Below are positions 36,996 to 50,110 of a stretch of DNA of 64,000 bases, piece after piece; the stretch's first letter is position 1, and each line of letters begins with the position of its first letter. Origin of the DNA: Malacoraja senta (lineage: Eukaryota); assembly GCA_038087875.1 (NCBI GenBank), contig CM075994.1, forward strand, positions 8,928,001 through 8,992,000. Reading direction: 5' to 3'. Made by a program: the position numbers and the translations under genes. Under the pieces are notes generated by a model that was not told where the DNA came from, did not search any database, and saw only the letters and a list, made by a program, of their open reading frames with translations.

Positions 36996-37980
36996 CGAAA
37001 GTACTGTTTAAGAAAGAACTGCAGATGCTGGAAAATCGGTGGTCGATAAAATGCTGGAGAAACGCAGTGGGTGAGGCAGCATCTATGGAGAGAAGGAAAT
37101 AGGCGACGTTTCGGGTCGAGACCCTTCTTCAGACTGATGTAAAAGATTACGGGCGGTTCTTCAGTCTGAAGAAGGGTCTCGACCCGAAACGTCGCCTATT
37201 CCTTCTCTCCAAAGATGCTGCCTGACCCACTGAGTTACTCCTGCATTTTGTGTCTATCTTAAACTAAACTACTGTGGTGCAGCGGTAGAGTTGATCCAAC
37301 GCTTGAGTTCACCAGGGACATGTTAAGCCAATGAATCTACACAACTCGCACGTCTTTGGAGTGTGGGAGGAACCCGAAGCACCCGGGGAAAATCCACGCG
37401 GTCACAGGGAGAACGGACAAGCTCCGTATAGACAGCTCCCGCGACCAGGATTGAACCCGGGTCTCTGGCTCTGTGAGGCGGCAACTCTACCGCTGCGCCA
37501 CCGCGCTGCCGCCGTGTTCATTGTCGCCACATTGGTTGCCTGACCCGCTGAGTTCCTCCGGCCCTTTGTGTTGTGTCCATAGGTTCTGTGGTGTGGTGAT
37601 AGATGTCTTGAAGCTTGGAAGAGCTTGGGCGGGATTGGTACTGCCCGTTCGGAGCAGTTATTCCAGGCCCGTTTTCCATTTTTAAACCTTCAATCGACAA
37701 TAGACAATAGGTGCAGGAGTAGGCCATTCGGCCCCTCGAGCCCGCCATTCAATGTGATCATGGCTGATCATCCCCAATCAGTGCCCCGTTCCTGCCTTCC
37801 TCCCCATATCCCCTGACTCCGCTATCTTTAAGAGCCTATCTAGCTCTCTCTTGAAAGTATCCAGAGAACCGGCCTCCACCGCCCTCTGAGGCAGAGAATT
37901 CCACAGACTCACAACTTTCTGTGTGAAAAAGAGTTTCCTCGTCTCCGTTCTAAATGGCTTACCCCTTATTCTCGCCCATA

Positions 37981-39176
37981 ATCTCCGTCTCCGGTCTGGG
38001 GTTGGTATTGATGGCACTGCCCTGAGCTGGTTCATCTCCTACCTCAAAGGTAGGAGTTTCTCGACTAACATAGGCAACTCTTTCTCCTCCCCAGCTAATC
38101 TCTGCTGTGGGGTTCCACAAGGTTCCATCCTTGGCCTCATTCTCTTCTCCCTGTATATGCTCCCCTTAGGCCAAGTCATTGAAAGGCACGGCATTTCCTT
38201 CCATTGCTACGCAGACGATACACAACTCTATCTCCCCCTGAAGCCCAAAAACAATCAAATCTGCTTAACCTTATCCACTGCCTCGAGGATATAAAGTGTT
38301 GGATGGCCCAGAACTTCCTCCAACTAAACGAGAGTAAGTCTGAGGTCATCCTTCTCGGCCCCTCGGACTCAATCAAAATGAGAGCAGGCAGCCTTGGAAG
38401 CCTTACCCCACTACTCAAACCTCACGTCAAAAGCCTTGGCGTGATATTTGACTCAGCACTGAAATTTGACAAACAAGTCAATGCCGTGGTAAAAGCTAGC
38501 TTCTTTCAGCTTCGGACGATAGCTAAAAATAAAAACAATTCCTCCAGTTTGATGACCTGGAAAAGATCATCCACACATTTATCTCCTCCCGCCTAGATTA
38601 CTGCAACTCCCTTTACACTGGCATCAGCCAATCTTCCCTGTCCCGCCTGCAACTGGTCCAAAACGCCGCAGCGAGACTCCTGACGGGCCACCCGAAAAAG
38701 GGACCACATCACCCCGATCCTGGCCTCTCTCCACTGGCTCCCTGTGCGGTTCCGTATAAACTTCAAGATCCTCCTCCATGTCTACAAAACCCTCAATGGG
38801 CTGCCCCCACCTACATAAAAGTCTTCTCACCCACCACTCCACCTCCAGGCCCCTCAGATCGGCCGACTTGGGGTTGCTGAATATCCCACGGTCTAGGCAT
38901 AAGCTCAGGGGCGACCGCGCCTTTGCGGTTGCAGCTCCTAGACTGTGGAACAGCATCCCCCTTCCCATCAGAACTGCCCCCTCCATCGACTCCTTTAAGT
39001 CAAGACTAAAGACTTATCTATACTCCCAAGCCTTTCCTGGCGTCCTCTGAGTGAGGGCTACATGTATATATGTATGTAGTTTGTTTTGTTTATACTATTC
39101 TTATAACAAATGTAAAGCACTTTGGCCAACGAGAGTTGTTTTTTAAATGTGCTATATAAATAAATGTGACTTGACT
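37981..39176 (+). mobile_element. L2-clade LINE 3' fragment inserted only in gene B intron 1
   Basis: GVPQGSILG, YADDTQLY, LNESKSE, DRAFAVAAPRLWNS; (TGACT)n tail; empty site CCCATAAGATTAAC in gene A (~24570-24590, reverse). Confidence 0.9.
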
Positions 39177-40566
39177 AAGATTAACTCTGCCGTGTTGAGG
39201 TAGTTTGCTCGTCCCCCCCCCCCACTTCACCCCTGCCCCCACCCCCTCCCGTATATCTCTCTGCATCATCCTCTATGTCTCTAGTTTCCCTTTCCCGCGA
39301 TTCTCAGTCTGAAGAAGGGTCTCGACCCGAAACGTCACCTATTCCTTTTCTCCAGAGATGCACATCATTGGTCTTTGCTTCATGTTCTGGGGCCAATAAA
39401 CTAAAATGGAAGCAAGGACAGCGTGGTATAGGAGTCATCTAGAGTCATAGAGTGATACAGCGTGGAAACAGGGCCCTCGGGCCCAACTTGCCCGCACCGG
39501 CCAACGTGTCCCAGCTACACTAGTCCCACCTGCCCACGTTGTGTCCATATCCTTCCAAACCTGTCCTATCCTTGTACCTGTCTAACTGTTTCTTACACGT
39601 TGGGATAGTCCCAGCCTCAACTACCTACTCTGGCAGCTCGTTCCATATGCCCATCACCCTCTGTGTGTAAAAGTCACCCCTCGGATTCCTATTAAATCTT
39701 TTTCCCTTCACCTGAAACCTATGTCCCCTGGTCCTCGATTCCCCTACCCCGGGTAAAGCTCTGTGCGTTTACTCAATCTATTCCTCTCATGATTTTATGC
39801 ATCTCTATAAGATCTCCCCTCATCCTCCTGCGCTCCAAGGAATAGTTCCAGCCCGCTCAACCTCTCCCTATAGCTCACACCCTCTAGTCCTGGCAACATC
39901 CTCGTAAATCATCTCTGTTCCCTTTCCAGCTTGACAATATCTTTCCTATTACGTGGTGCCCAGTACAACACAATACTCTTATAGAGGCATAAACATAGAA
40001 TTCTCCTATTTCCGGTAGCCCTTGCTGTCTCCTCCCTTCTCAGCTCTCCCTCAGCCCTCGGGCTCCTCCTCTTCCTTTTTCATTTCCTCTCCCCCCCCCA
40101 CCTTCCATCAGTCTGAAGAAGGGTTGCCTATTTCCTTCGCTCCATAGATGCTGCCTCACCCGCTGAGTTTCTCCAGCACTTTTGTCCACCTTCGATTTTC
40201 CAGCATCTGTAGTTCCTTCTTAAACACAATACTCTTACTGTTGGCCTCACCAACGTCTTATCCAACGATTTGTTACTAATATCTATGAGAGGGAAGCGAG
40301 TGTTGCCAAACTTCTGAATTCACGTGTCGGGGTGGAACCCTCTCCAAGACAGACCCAATGCTCAACGTGTGACCTGTTTTTACAAAATGTTAAATGGTCA
40401 GCTCGACACAGATTACCAAACCTACACCGAACCCCAACCTTTAAGAATAAGGAGTAGGCCATTTAGAACGGAGACGAGGAAACAATTTTTCACACAGAGA
40501 GTTGTGAGTCTGTGGAATTCTATCCTCAGAGGGCGGTGGAGGCCGGTTCTCTGGATACTTTCAAGT

Positions 40567-40739
40567 CAGGAAGTTAGCCAAGTTCTCAGGAAACTCATCC
40601 TCTCCCAAGGCTTATGTTTACAGAAGCCTGAACCTTCTCAGGAAGTACATCCCCTCTCACCGTTGTGAATGGTGTTCTACTTGGCACATAACAGGAAACA
40701 GCTTGAACGGCAGTTTGAAAGCTGGCCTCCAATTTCCTG
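40567..40739. promoter_or_regulatory. Cluster of five CAGGAA ETS-type cores (candidate intronic enhancer of gene B)
   Basis: CAGGAAGT at 40567 and 40639, CAGGAAAC at 40587 and 40692, TTTCCTG at 40733, all in unique sequence. Confidence 0.4.
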
Positions 40740-41489
40740 ATTCCCACATTTCTGCAAACTTCACTTCAGCTTATTTCAGCACCCAGAACAAGCTGGGTTA
40801 TACTCAGGCTATACGCAAGCTAATATTTTACTTAATCCATTCTAATTATAAAATATTTCATTATAAACTAGGATATTACCATATGGCCTCCTCCTGCGCC
40901 TATTTCCTATGTTTCTATGTTTCTATGAAAAATCCGAATGGCCTACTCCTGCACCCATTGTGTATTGTCTATTGTCTATTAGCAGCAGACGAGGGCATTT
41001 GATCCAATTTGAGATACCAGCTACGAAGACAGATATGTACAGCAATTCATTCTTCCCCCGCACAATTAAAGCATGGAATAGTCTTCACCCTACCATAGTT
41101 ACTCAACCAGACGCAACTAAATTTAAGGTAGCTCTGCTTGGAGAAAAAATAACCCATTTTTGCTTAAGTCCACCCTCCGCCACCTCCAGTTTAAATTCCA
41201 TTTGGAATATTTTTGGAGGACCAGGAAACCAAGAACCAAGAACTGCAATATGTCCTCTTTTCCCTTCATCTTCAACCTATGTCCTTTGGTTTTACAGGGC
41301 CCTAGTGAGACCACACCTGGAGTACTGTGTGCAGTTTTGGTCTCCTAATTTGAGGAAGGACATTCTTGCCATTGAGGGAGTGCAGCGTAGGTTTACAAGG
41401 TTAATTCCCGGGATGGCGGGACTGTCATATGCTGAGAGAATGGAGCGGCTGGGCTTGTATACTCTGGAGTTTAGAAGGATGAGAGGATA

Positions 41490-44101
41490 CCACTAAGGGG
41501 CAGAAAACGCTGGTGGGTGTTGTGTACAGGCCACCTAACAGTAGTAGTGAAGTTGGAGATGGTATCAAACAGGAACTTAGAAATGCGTGCAACAAAGGCA
41601 AAACAGTTATAATGGGTGACTTCAATCTACATATAGATTGGGTGAATCAAATTGGCAGGGGTGCTGAGGAAGAGAATTTCTTGGAATGTATGCGGGATAG
41701 TTATCTAAATCAACATGTAGAGGAACCAACGAGAGAGCAGGCTATTTTAGACTGGGTATTGAGTAATGAGGAAGGGTTAGTTAGCAGTCTTGTTGTGCGT
41801 GGCCCCTTGGGCAAGAGTGACCATAATATGGTTGAGTTCTTCATTAGGATGGAGAGTGACATCGTTAATTCAGAAACAAGGGTCCTGAACTTAAAGAAAG
41901 GTAACTTTGAGGGTATGAAACCGTGAATTGGCCAAGATAGACTGGCAATTGATTCTTTAAGGGTTGATGGTGGATATGCAATGTAAGGCATTTAAAGACT
42001 GCATGGATGAACTACAAAAATTGTTCATCCCAGTTTGGCAAAAGAATAAATCAGGGAAGGTAGTGCATCCGTGGATAACAAGGGAAATCAGGGATGGTAT
42101 CAAAGCGAAGGATGATGCGTACAAATTAGCCAGAAAAAGCAGCATACCGGAGGACTGGGAGAAATTCAGAGACCAGCAGAGGAGGACAAAGGGCTTAATT
42201 AGGAAAGGAAAAATAGATTATGAAAGAAAACTGGCAGGGAACATAAAAACTGACTGCAAAAGTTGTTATAGATATGTAAAAAGAAAGAGATTAGTTAAAA
42301 CAAATGTAGGTCCCTTGCAGTCCAGAAACAGGTGAGTTGATCATGGGGAACAAGGATATGGCGGACCAATTGAATAACTACTTTGGTTCCGTCTTCACTG
42401 AGGAAGACATAAATAATCTGCCGGAAATAGCAGGGGACCGCGGGTCAAAGGAGTTGGAGGAATTGAGTGAAATCCAGGTTAGTCGGGAAGTGGTTTTGGG
42501 TAAATTGAATGGATTAAAGGCCGATAAATCCCCAGGGCCAGATAGGCTGCATCCCAGAGTACTTAAGGAAGTAGCTCCAGAAATAGTGGATGCATTAGTA
42601 ATAATCTTTCAAAACTCTTTAGATTCTGGAGTAGTTCCTGAGGATTGGCGGGTAGCAAACGTAACCCACTTTTTAAGAAGGGAGGGAGAGAGAAAACGGG
42701 GAATTACAGACCAGTTAGTCTAACATCGGTAGTGGGGAAACTGCTAGAGTCAGTTATTAAAGATGGGATAGCAGCACATTTGGAAAGTGGTGAAATTATT
42801 GGACAAAGTCAGCATGGATTTACGAAAGGTAAATCATGTCTGACGAATTTTATAGAATTTTCGAGGATGTAACTAGTAGCGTGGGTAGGGGAGAATCAGT
42901 GGATGTGGTGTATCTGGACTTCCAGAAGGCTTTCGACAAGGTCCCACATAAGAGATTAGTATACAAACGTAAAGCACATGGCATAGGGGGTTCAGTATTG
43001 ATGTGCATAGAGAACTGGCTGGCAAACAGGAAGCAAAGAGTAGGAGTAAACGGGTCCTTTTCACAATGGCAGGCAGTGACTAGTGGGGTACCGCAAGGCT
43101 CAGTGCTGGGACCCCAGCTATTTACAATATATATTAATGACCTGGATGAGGGAATTGAAGGCAATATCTCCAAGTTTGCGGATGACACTAAGCTGGGGGG
43201 CAGTGTTTAGCTGTGAGGAGGATGCTAGGAGACTGCAAGGTGACTTGGAAGGGCTGGGTGAGTGGGCAAATGTTTGGCAGATGCAGTATAATGTGGATAA
43301 ATGTGAGGTTATCCATTTTGGTGGCAAAAACAGGAAAGCAGACTATTATCTAAATGGTGGCCGATTAGGAAAAGGGAGATGCAGCGAGACCTGGGTGTCA
43401 TGGTACACCAGTCATTGAAAGTAGGCATGCAGGTGCAGCAGGCAGTGAAGAAAGCGAATGGTATGTTAGCTTTCAAATCAAAAGGATTTGAGTACAGGAG
43501 CAGGGAGGTTCTACTGCAGTTGTACAGGGTCTTGGTGAGACCACACCTGGAGTATTGCGTACAGTTTTGGTCTCCAAATCTGAGGAAGGACATTATTGCC
43601 ATAGAGGGAGTGCAGAGAAGGTTCACCAGACTGAATGTCAGGACTGTCTTATGAAGAAAGACTGGATAGACTTGGTTTATACTCTCTAGAATTTAGGAGA
43701 TTGAGAGGGGATCTTATAGAAACTTACAAAATTCTTAAGGGGTTGGACAGGCTAGATGCAGGAAGATTGCTCCCGATGTTGGGGAAGTCCAGGACAAGGG
43801 GTCACAGCTTAAGGATAAGGGGGAAATCCTTTAAAACCGAGATGAGAAGAACTTTTTTCACACAGAGAGTGGTAAATCTCTGGAACTCTCTGCCACAGAG
43901 GGTAGTCGAGGCCAGTTCATTGGCTATATTTAAGAGGGAGTTAGATGTGGCCCTTGTGGCTAAAGGGATCAGAGGGTATGGAGAGAAGGCAGGTACGGGA
44001 TACTGAGTTGGATGATCAGCCATGATCATATTGAATGGCGGTGCAGGCTCGAAGGGCCGAATGGCCTACTCCTGCACCTAATTTCTATGTTTCTATGTTT
44101 C
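41490..44101 (+). mobile_element. CR1-clade LINE (HER1-like), long 5'-truncated copy with endonuclease and RT, frameshifted
   Basis: YRPPN and MGDFN (APE), QGSVLGP and FADD (RT); 3' tail (TTTCTATG)n; nested in an older CR1 tail at GGA^TATC. Confidence 0.92.
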
Positions 44102-44566
44102 TATCTTATTGAAGCATATAAGATTATTAAGGGTTTGGACACGCTAGAGGCAGGAAACATTTTCCCGATGTTGGGGGAGCCCAGAACAAGTGGCCACAGT
44201 TTAAGAATAAGGGGTAAGCCATTTAGAAGGGAGACGATGAAACACTTTTTCTCCCAGAGAGTTGTGATTCTGTGGAATTATCTGCCTCAGTGGGCGGTGG
44301 AGGCCGGTGCTCTGTATACTTTCAAGAGAGAGTTAGATATGGCTCTTATAGATAGCGGAGTCAGGGGATACGGGGAGAAGGCAGGAACGGGGTACTGATT
44401 GGGGATGATCAGCCATGATCACATTGAATGGCGGCGCAGGCTCGAAGGGCCGAATGGCCTACTCCTGCACCTGTTGTCTGTTGTCTATTGTCTATTGACC
44501 TACTCTGGGCAAGAGACTCTGTGCATCTACCCGATCTATTACTCTCTCTCGCTTCTTACTAAACAG

Positions 44567-44887
44567 GGGCGCGATCACTAAATGGCCAGGTTCAGCTGAC
44601 GCCAGATACGGCGAGACTGGTTGAAGGCGAGGTGCTGGTTATGAACTGTACCGCCGATATTGCAGGAGGCATGACCTTCACTTGGTATAAAGATGAGCGG
44701 GTGATTTCACAGAGCGCGCCGATGTACATCAACAGAGTGAGAGTGGGGCACCAAACCCTTAACAAAAAGCAGGTGGCATCGCTGAGCATCACCAAACTCA
44801 CCGAGTGCGATTCTGGGACCTATTACTGCAAAGTGGAGACCTTGGGAACCAATGTGAAGAGCAAAGGAACCAAAGTGACCGTAACGC
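44567..44887 (+). CDS. Gene B exon 2: Ig V-type (VJ) domain
   Basis: TACTCTCTCTCGCTTCTTACTAAACAG acceptor and C|GTAAG donor; open frame; 5 nt differences from gene A exon 2. Confidence 0.95.
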
Positions 44888-45519
44888 GTAAGCCTTTCTC
44901 TCAATGCNNNNNNNNNNNNNNNNNNNNNNNNNNNNNNNNNNNNNNNNNNNNNNNNNNNNNNNNNNNNNNNNNNNNNNNNNNNNNNNNNNNNNNNNNNNNN
45001 NNNNNNNNNNNNNNNNNNNNNNNNNNNNNNNNNNNNNNNNNNNNNNNNNNNNNNNNNNNNNNNNNNNNNNNNNNNNNNNNNNNNNNNNNNNNNNNNNNNN
45101 NNNNNNNNNNNNNNNNNNNNNNNNNNNNNNNNNNNNNNNNNNNNNNNNNNNNNNNNNNNNNNNNNNNNNNNNNNNNNNNNNNNNNNNNNNNNNNNNNNNN
45201 NNNNNNNNNNNNNNNNNNNNNNNNNNNNNNNNNNNNNNNNNNNNNNNNNNNNNNNNNNNNNNNNNNNNNNNNNNNNNNNNNNNNNNNNNNNNNNNNNNNN
45301 NNNNNNNNNNNNNNNNNNNNNNNNNNNNNNNNNNNNNNNNNNNNNNNNNNNNNNNNNNNNNNNNNNNNNNNNNNNNNNNNNNNNNTAGACAATAGACAAT
45401 AGGTGCAGGAGTCGGCCCTTTGGACCTTCGAGCCAGCACCGCCATTCAATGTGATCATGGCTGATCATCGCCAATCAGTACACCGTTCCTGCCTTCTCCC
45501 CATATCCCCTGACACCGCT

Positions 45520-48355
45520 GTAGAAACATAGAAACCTAGATAATAAGTGCAGGTGTAGGCCATTCGGCCCTTCGAGCCTGCACCGCCATTCAATATGATC
45601 ATGGCTGATCATCCAACTCAGTATCCTGTACCTGCTTTCTCTCCATACCCCCCGATCCCTTTAGCCACAAGGGCCACATCTAACTCCCTCTTAAATATAG
45701 CCAATGAACTGGCCTCAACTACCCTCTGTGGCAGAGAATTCCACAGATTCACATCTCTCTGTGTAAAAAATGAGTTTCTCATCTGGGTCCTAAAAGACTT
45801 CCCCCTTATCCTTAAACTGTGACCCCCTGTTCTGGACTTTCCCCACATCGGGAATAATCTTCCTGCATCTAGCCTGTCCAAGCCCTTAAGAATTTTGGAA
45901 GTTTCTATAAAATCCCCCCTCATTCTTCTAAATTCTAGCGAGTATAAGCCGAGTCTATCCAGTCTTTCTTCATATGAAAGTCCTGCCATCCCAGGAATCA
46001 GTCTGGTGAAACTTCTCTGTACTCCCTCTATGGCAGGAATGTCTTTCCTCAGATTAGGAGACCAAAACTGTACGCAATACTCCAGGTGTGGTCTCACCAA
46101 GACCCTGTACAACTTCAGTAGACCCTCCCTGCTCTTATACTCAAATCGTTTTGCTATGAATGCTAACATACCATTCGCTTTCTTCACTGCCTGCTGCACC
46201 TGCATGCCTACTTTCAATGACTGGTGTACCATGACACCCAGGTCTCGCTGCATCTCCCCTTTTCCTAATCGGCCACCATTCAGATAATAGTCTACTTTCC
46301 TGTTTTTGCCACCAAAGTGGATAACCTCACATTTATCCACATTATACTGCATCTGCCATGCATTTGCCCACTCACCCAACCTATCCAAGTCACCTTGCAG
46401 CCTCCTAGCATCCTCCTCACAGCTAACACTGCCCCCCAGCTTCGTGTCATCCTCAAACTTGGAGATGTTGCATTCAATTCCCTCGTCCAGACCATTAATA
46501 TATATTGTAAATAGGTGGGGTCCCAGCACTGAGCCTTGCGGTACCCACTAGTCACTGCCTGCCATTCTGAAAAGGACCCGTTTACTCCTACTCTTTGCTT
46601 CCTGTCTGCCAGCCAGTTCTCTATCCACATCAATACTGAACCCCCAATACAGTGTGCTTTAAGTTTGCATACTAATCTCTTATGTGGGACCTTGTCGTAA
46701 GACTTCTGAAAGTCCAGATATAACACATCCACTGGTTCTCCCTTATCCACTCTACTCGTTACATCCTCGAAAAATTCTATAAGATTCGTCAGATATGATT
46801 TGCCTTTCATAAATCCATGCTGACTTTGTCCAATGAATTCACCACTTTCCAAATGTGCTGCTATCCCATCTTTAATAACTGACTCTTGCATGTTCCCCAC
46901 TACCGACGTTAGACTAACTGCTCTGTAATTCCCCGTTTTCTCTCTCCCTCCCTTTTTGAAAAGCGGGGTTACATTAGCTACCCTCCAATCCTCAGGAACT
47001 GCTCCAGAATCTAAAGAGTTTTGAAAAATTATCACTAATGCATCCACTATTTCTGGGGCTACTTCCTTAAGTACTCTGGGATGCAACCTATCTGGCCCTG
47101 GGGATTTATCGGCCTTTAATCCGTTCAATTTACCTAACACCACTTCCCGGCTAACCTGGATTTCACTCAGTTCCTCCATCTCATTTGACACACGGTCCCC
47201 TGCTATTTCCGGCAGATTATTTATGTCTTCCTTAGTGAAGACATAACCAAAGTAGTTATTCAATTGGTCTGCCATGTCCTTGTTCCCCATGATCAATTCG
47301 CCTGACCTACATTTGTTTTAATTAATATTTTTCTCTTCACATATCTATAAAAACATTTGCAGTCAGTTTTTATGTTCCCTGCCAGTTTTCTTTCATAATC
47401 TATTTTCCCTTTCCTAATTAAGCCCTTTGTCCTCCTCTGCTGGACTCCGAATTTCTCCCAGTCCCCTGGTAGGCTGCTTTTTCTGGCTAATTTGTATGCT
47501 TCATCTTTTGTTTTGATACTATCCCTGATTTCCCTTGTTATCCACGGATGCACTACCTTCCCTGATTTATTCTTTTGCCAAACTGGGATGAACAATTGTT
47601 GTAGGTCATCCATGCAGTCTTTAAATGCCTTCCATTGCATATCCACCGTCAACCCTTAAAGAATCAATTGCCAGTGTATCTTGGCCAATTCACGTTTCAT
47701 ACCCTCAAAGTTACCTTTCTTTAAGTTCAGGACCCTTGTTTCTGAATTAACAATGTCACTCTCCATCCTAATGAAGAACTCAACCATATTATGGTCACTC
47801 TTTCCCAAGGGGCCACGCACAACAAGATTGCTAACTAACCCTTCATCATTACTCAATACGCAGTCTAGAATAGCCTGCTCTCTCGTTGGTTCCTCTACAT
47901 GTTGGTTTAGAAAACTATCCCGCATACATTCCAAGAAATCCTCTTCCTCAGCACCCCTGCCAATTTGATTCACCCAATCTATATGTAGATTGAAGTCACC
48001 CATTATAACTGTTTTACCTTTGTTGCACGCATTTCTAATTTCCTGTTTGATGCCTTCCCCAACTCCACTTCTACTACTGTTAGGTGGCCTGTACACAATT
48101 CCCACTAGCGTTTTCTGCCCCTTAGTGCTTCGCAGCTCTACCCATATTGATTCCACATCCTCCAAGCTAATGTCCTTCCTTTCTATTGCATTAATCTCCT
48201 CTCTAACCAGCTCCTTTTCCTTTCTGTCTATCCTTCCTGAATATTGAATATCCCTGGATGTTCAGCTCCCAGCCTTGGTCACCCTGGAGCCATGTCTCCG
48301 TGATCCCAACTATATCATATTCATTAATAACTGTCTGCACATTCAACTCATCCAC
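45520..48355 (-). mobile_element. CR1-clade LINE, long 5'-truncated copy, antisense, frameshifted
   Basis: Same APE and RT motifs on the minus strand (ORFs 47656-48165, 46292-47296, 45618-46529). Confidence 0.92.
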
Positions 48356-48889
48356 CATAATGATATGAAGCACTGTTGTGAAATGTAAAGCTTCCAAACT
48401 GACAGTCCACCATTGAATCAAATCCTAATTCTCTGCCTCAGAGGGCGGTGGAGGCCGGTTCTCTGGATACTTTCAAGAGAGAGCTAAATAAGGCTCTTAA
48501 AGATAGCGGAGTCAGGGGATATGGACAGAAGGCAGGAACGGGGTACTGATTGGGGATGATCAGCCATGATCACATTGAATGGCGGTGCTGGCTCGAAGGG
48601 CCGAATGGCCTCCTCCTGCACCTTTTGTCTATTGTCTATAAAATATTTGATTGAATGGGAACCTTGTGAACTCTGTGCAGACTTCCGGCTTGAAGGCTTT
48701 GCCTTGTGCTAAACGGTATTCCCCTATCATGTAACTCTACACTGTAAATGGCTCGATTGTAATCATGTGTTGTCTTACTGCTGACTGGTTAGCACGCAAC
48801 AAAAGCTTTTCACTCGGTACACGTGACAATATACTAATCTGAACTAAATATTTGCGGGAAGACTGATGTTTGTTTGATTAATATTTTAG

Positions 48890-49021
48890 GTGCCTCCTCT
48901 CAGACTGTTGCTTCGTGCCAACCCATTAACATTATATTCATTGGAATATCTGTTGGAGTAGGGGCTGCACTGGTGATCGCATTAATTATTGTGTCTCTGC
49001 GACTTCGGCGAAGCATTAAAG
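48890..49021 (+). CDS. Gene B exon 3: stalk and transmembrane; read-through into the intron gives GMVVE* (TGA 49036-49038)
   Basis: ATTTTAG acceptor and G|GTATGG donor; 3 nt differences from gene A exon 3. Confidence 0.9.
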
Positions 49022-49039
49022 GTATGGTCGTAGAGTGAT

Positions 49040-50110
49040 CGAGTGATGCAGCGTGGAAACAGGCCCTTCAGCCCAACTTGCCCATACCGGCAGCTACACT
49101 AGTCCCACCTATCTGCGTTTGGCCCATATCCATCTAAACCCTCCATCATAGATTAATAGAGTGATGCAGTGTGGAAACAGGCCCTTCAGCCCACCTTGCC
49201 CACACTGGCCAACATGCCCCAGCTACACTCGTCCCATCTGCCCACATTTGGCCCATATCCATCTAAACCCTCTATCATAGATTCATAGAGTGATACAGTG
49301 TGGAAACAGGCCCTTCGGCCCAACTTTCCCACACCGGCCAACATGCCCCATCTACACTAGTCCCTCCTGTCCACGTTTGGCCCATATCCCTGTATACCCT
49401 CTATCATAGATTCAGAGAGTCATAGTGATGCAGGGTGGAAACAGGCCCTTCAGCCCAACTTGCCCACACCGGCCAAAATGCCCCATCCACACTAGTCCCA
49501 CCTGCCCGCGTTTGGCCCATATCCCTCTAAGCCCTCTATCATAGATTCATAGAGTCATAGAGTGATACAGTGTGGAAACAGGCCCTTCAGCCAAACTTGA
49601 CCACACTGGCCAAATTGCCCCATCTACACTAGTCCCACCTGCCTGTGTTTGGCCCATATCTCTCTAAACCCTCTAGCATAGAGTCATAGAATGATGCAGT
49701 GTGAAAACAGGCTCTTTGGCCCAACTTGCGCACACCGGCCAACATGCCCCATCTACACTAGTCCCACCTGCCCGGGTTTGGCCCATATCCCTATAAACCC
49801 TCTATCATAGATTTATAAAGTGATATAGTGTGGAAACAGGCCCTTCAGCCATACTTGCCCACATTGGCCAACATGTCCCAGCTCCACTAGTCGCACCTGC
49901 CTGCCTTTGGCCCGTATGCCTGTAAACCCTCTATCATAGATTCATAGAGTGATACAGTGTGGAAACCGGCCCTTCAGCCAACACTGGCCAACATGCCACA
50001 GCTACACTAGCCCTATCTGCCCACTTTTGGCCCATATCCCTCTAAACCGGCTATCATAATCATAGCGTGATGCAGTGTGGAAACAGGCCCTTCAGTCCTA
50101 CTTGCCACCA
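49040..50110. repeat. Tandem array of ~120-135 bp CR1-3'UTR-derived units (9 GGAAACAGGCCC anchors)
   Basis: Anchors near 49055, 49171, 49301, 49436, 49573, 49701, 49831, 49960 and 50077. Confidence 0.85.

Noticed and set aside
44632-45474. Long ORFs containing X runs (also 21015-21650, 27013-27652, 35162-35673)
   Set aside because: Artefacts of translation through N gaps; only the V-exon portion is real.
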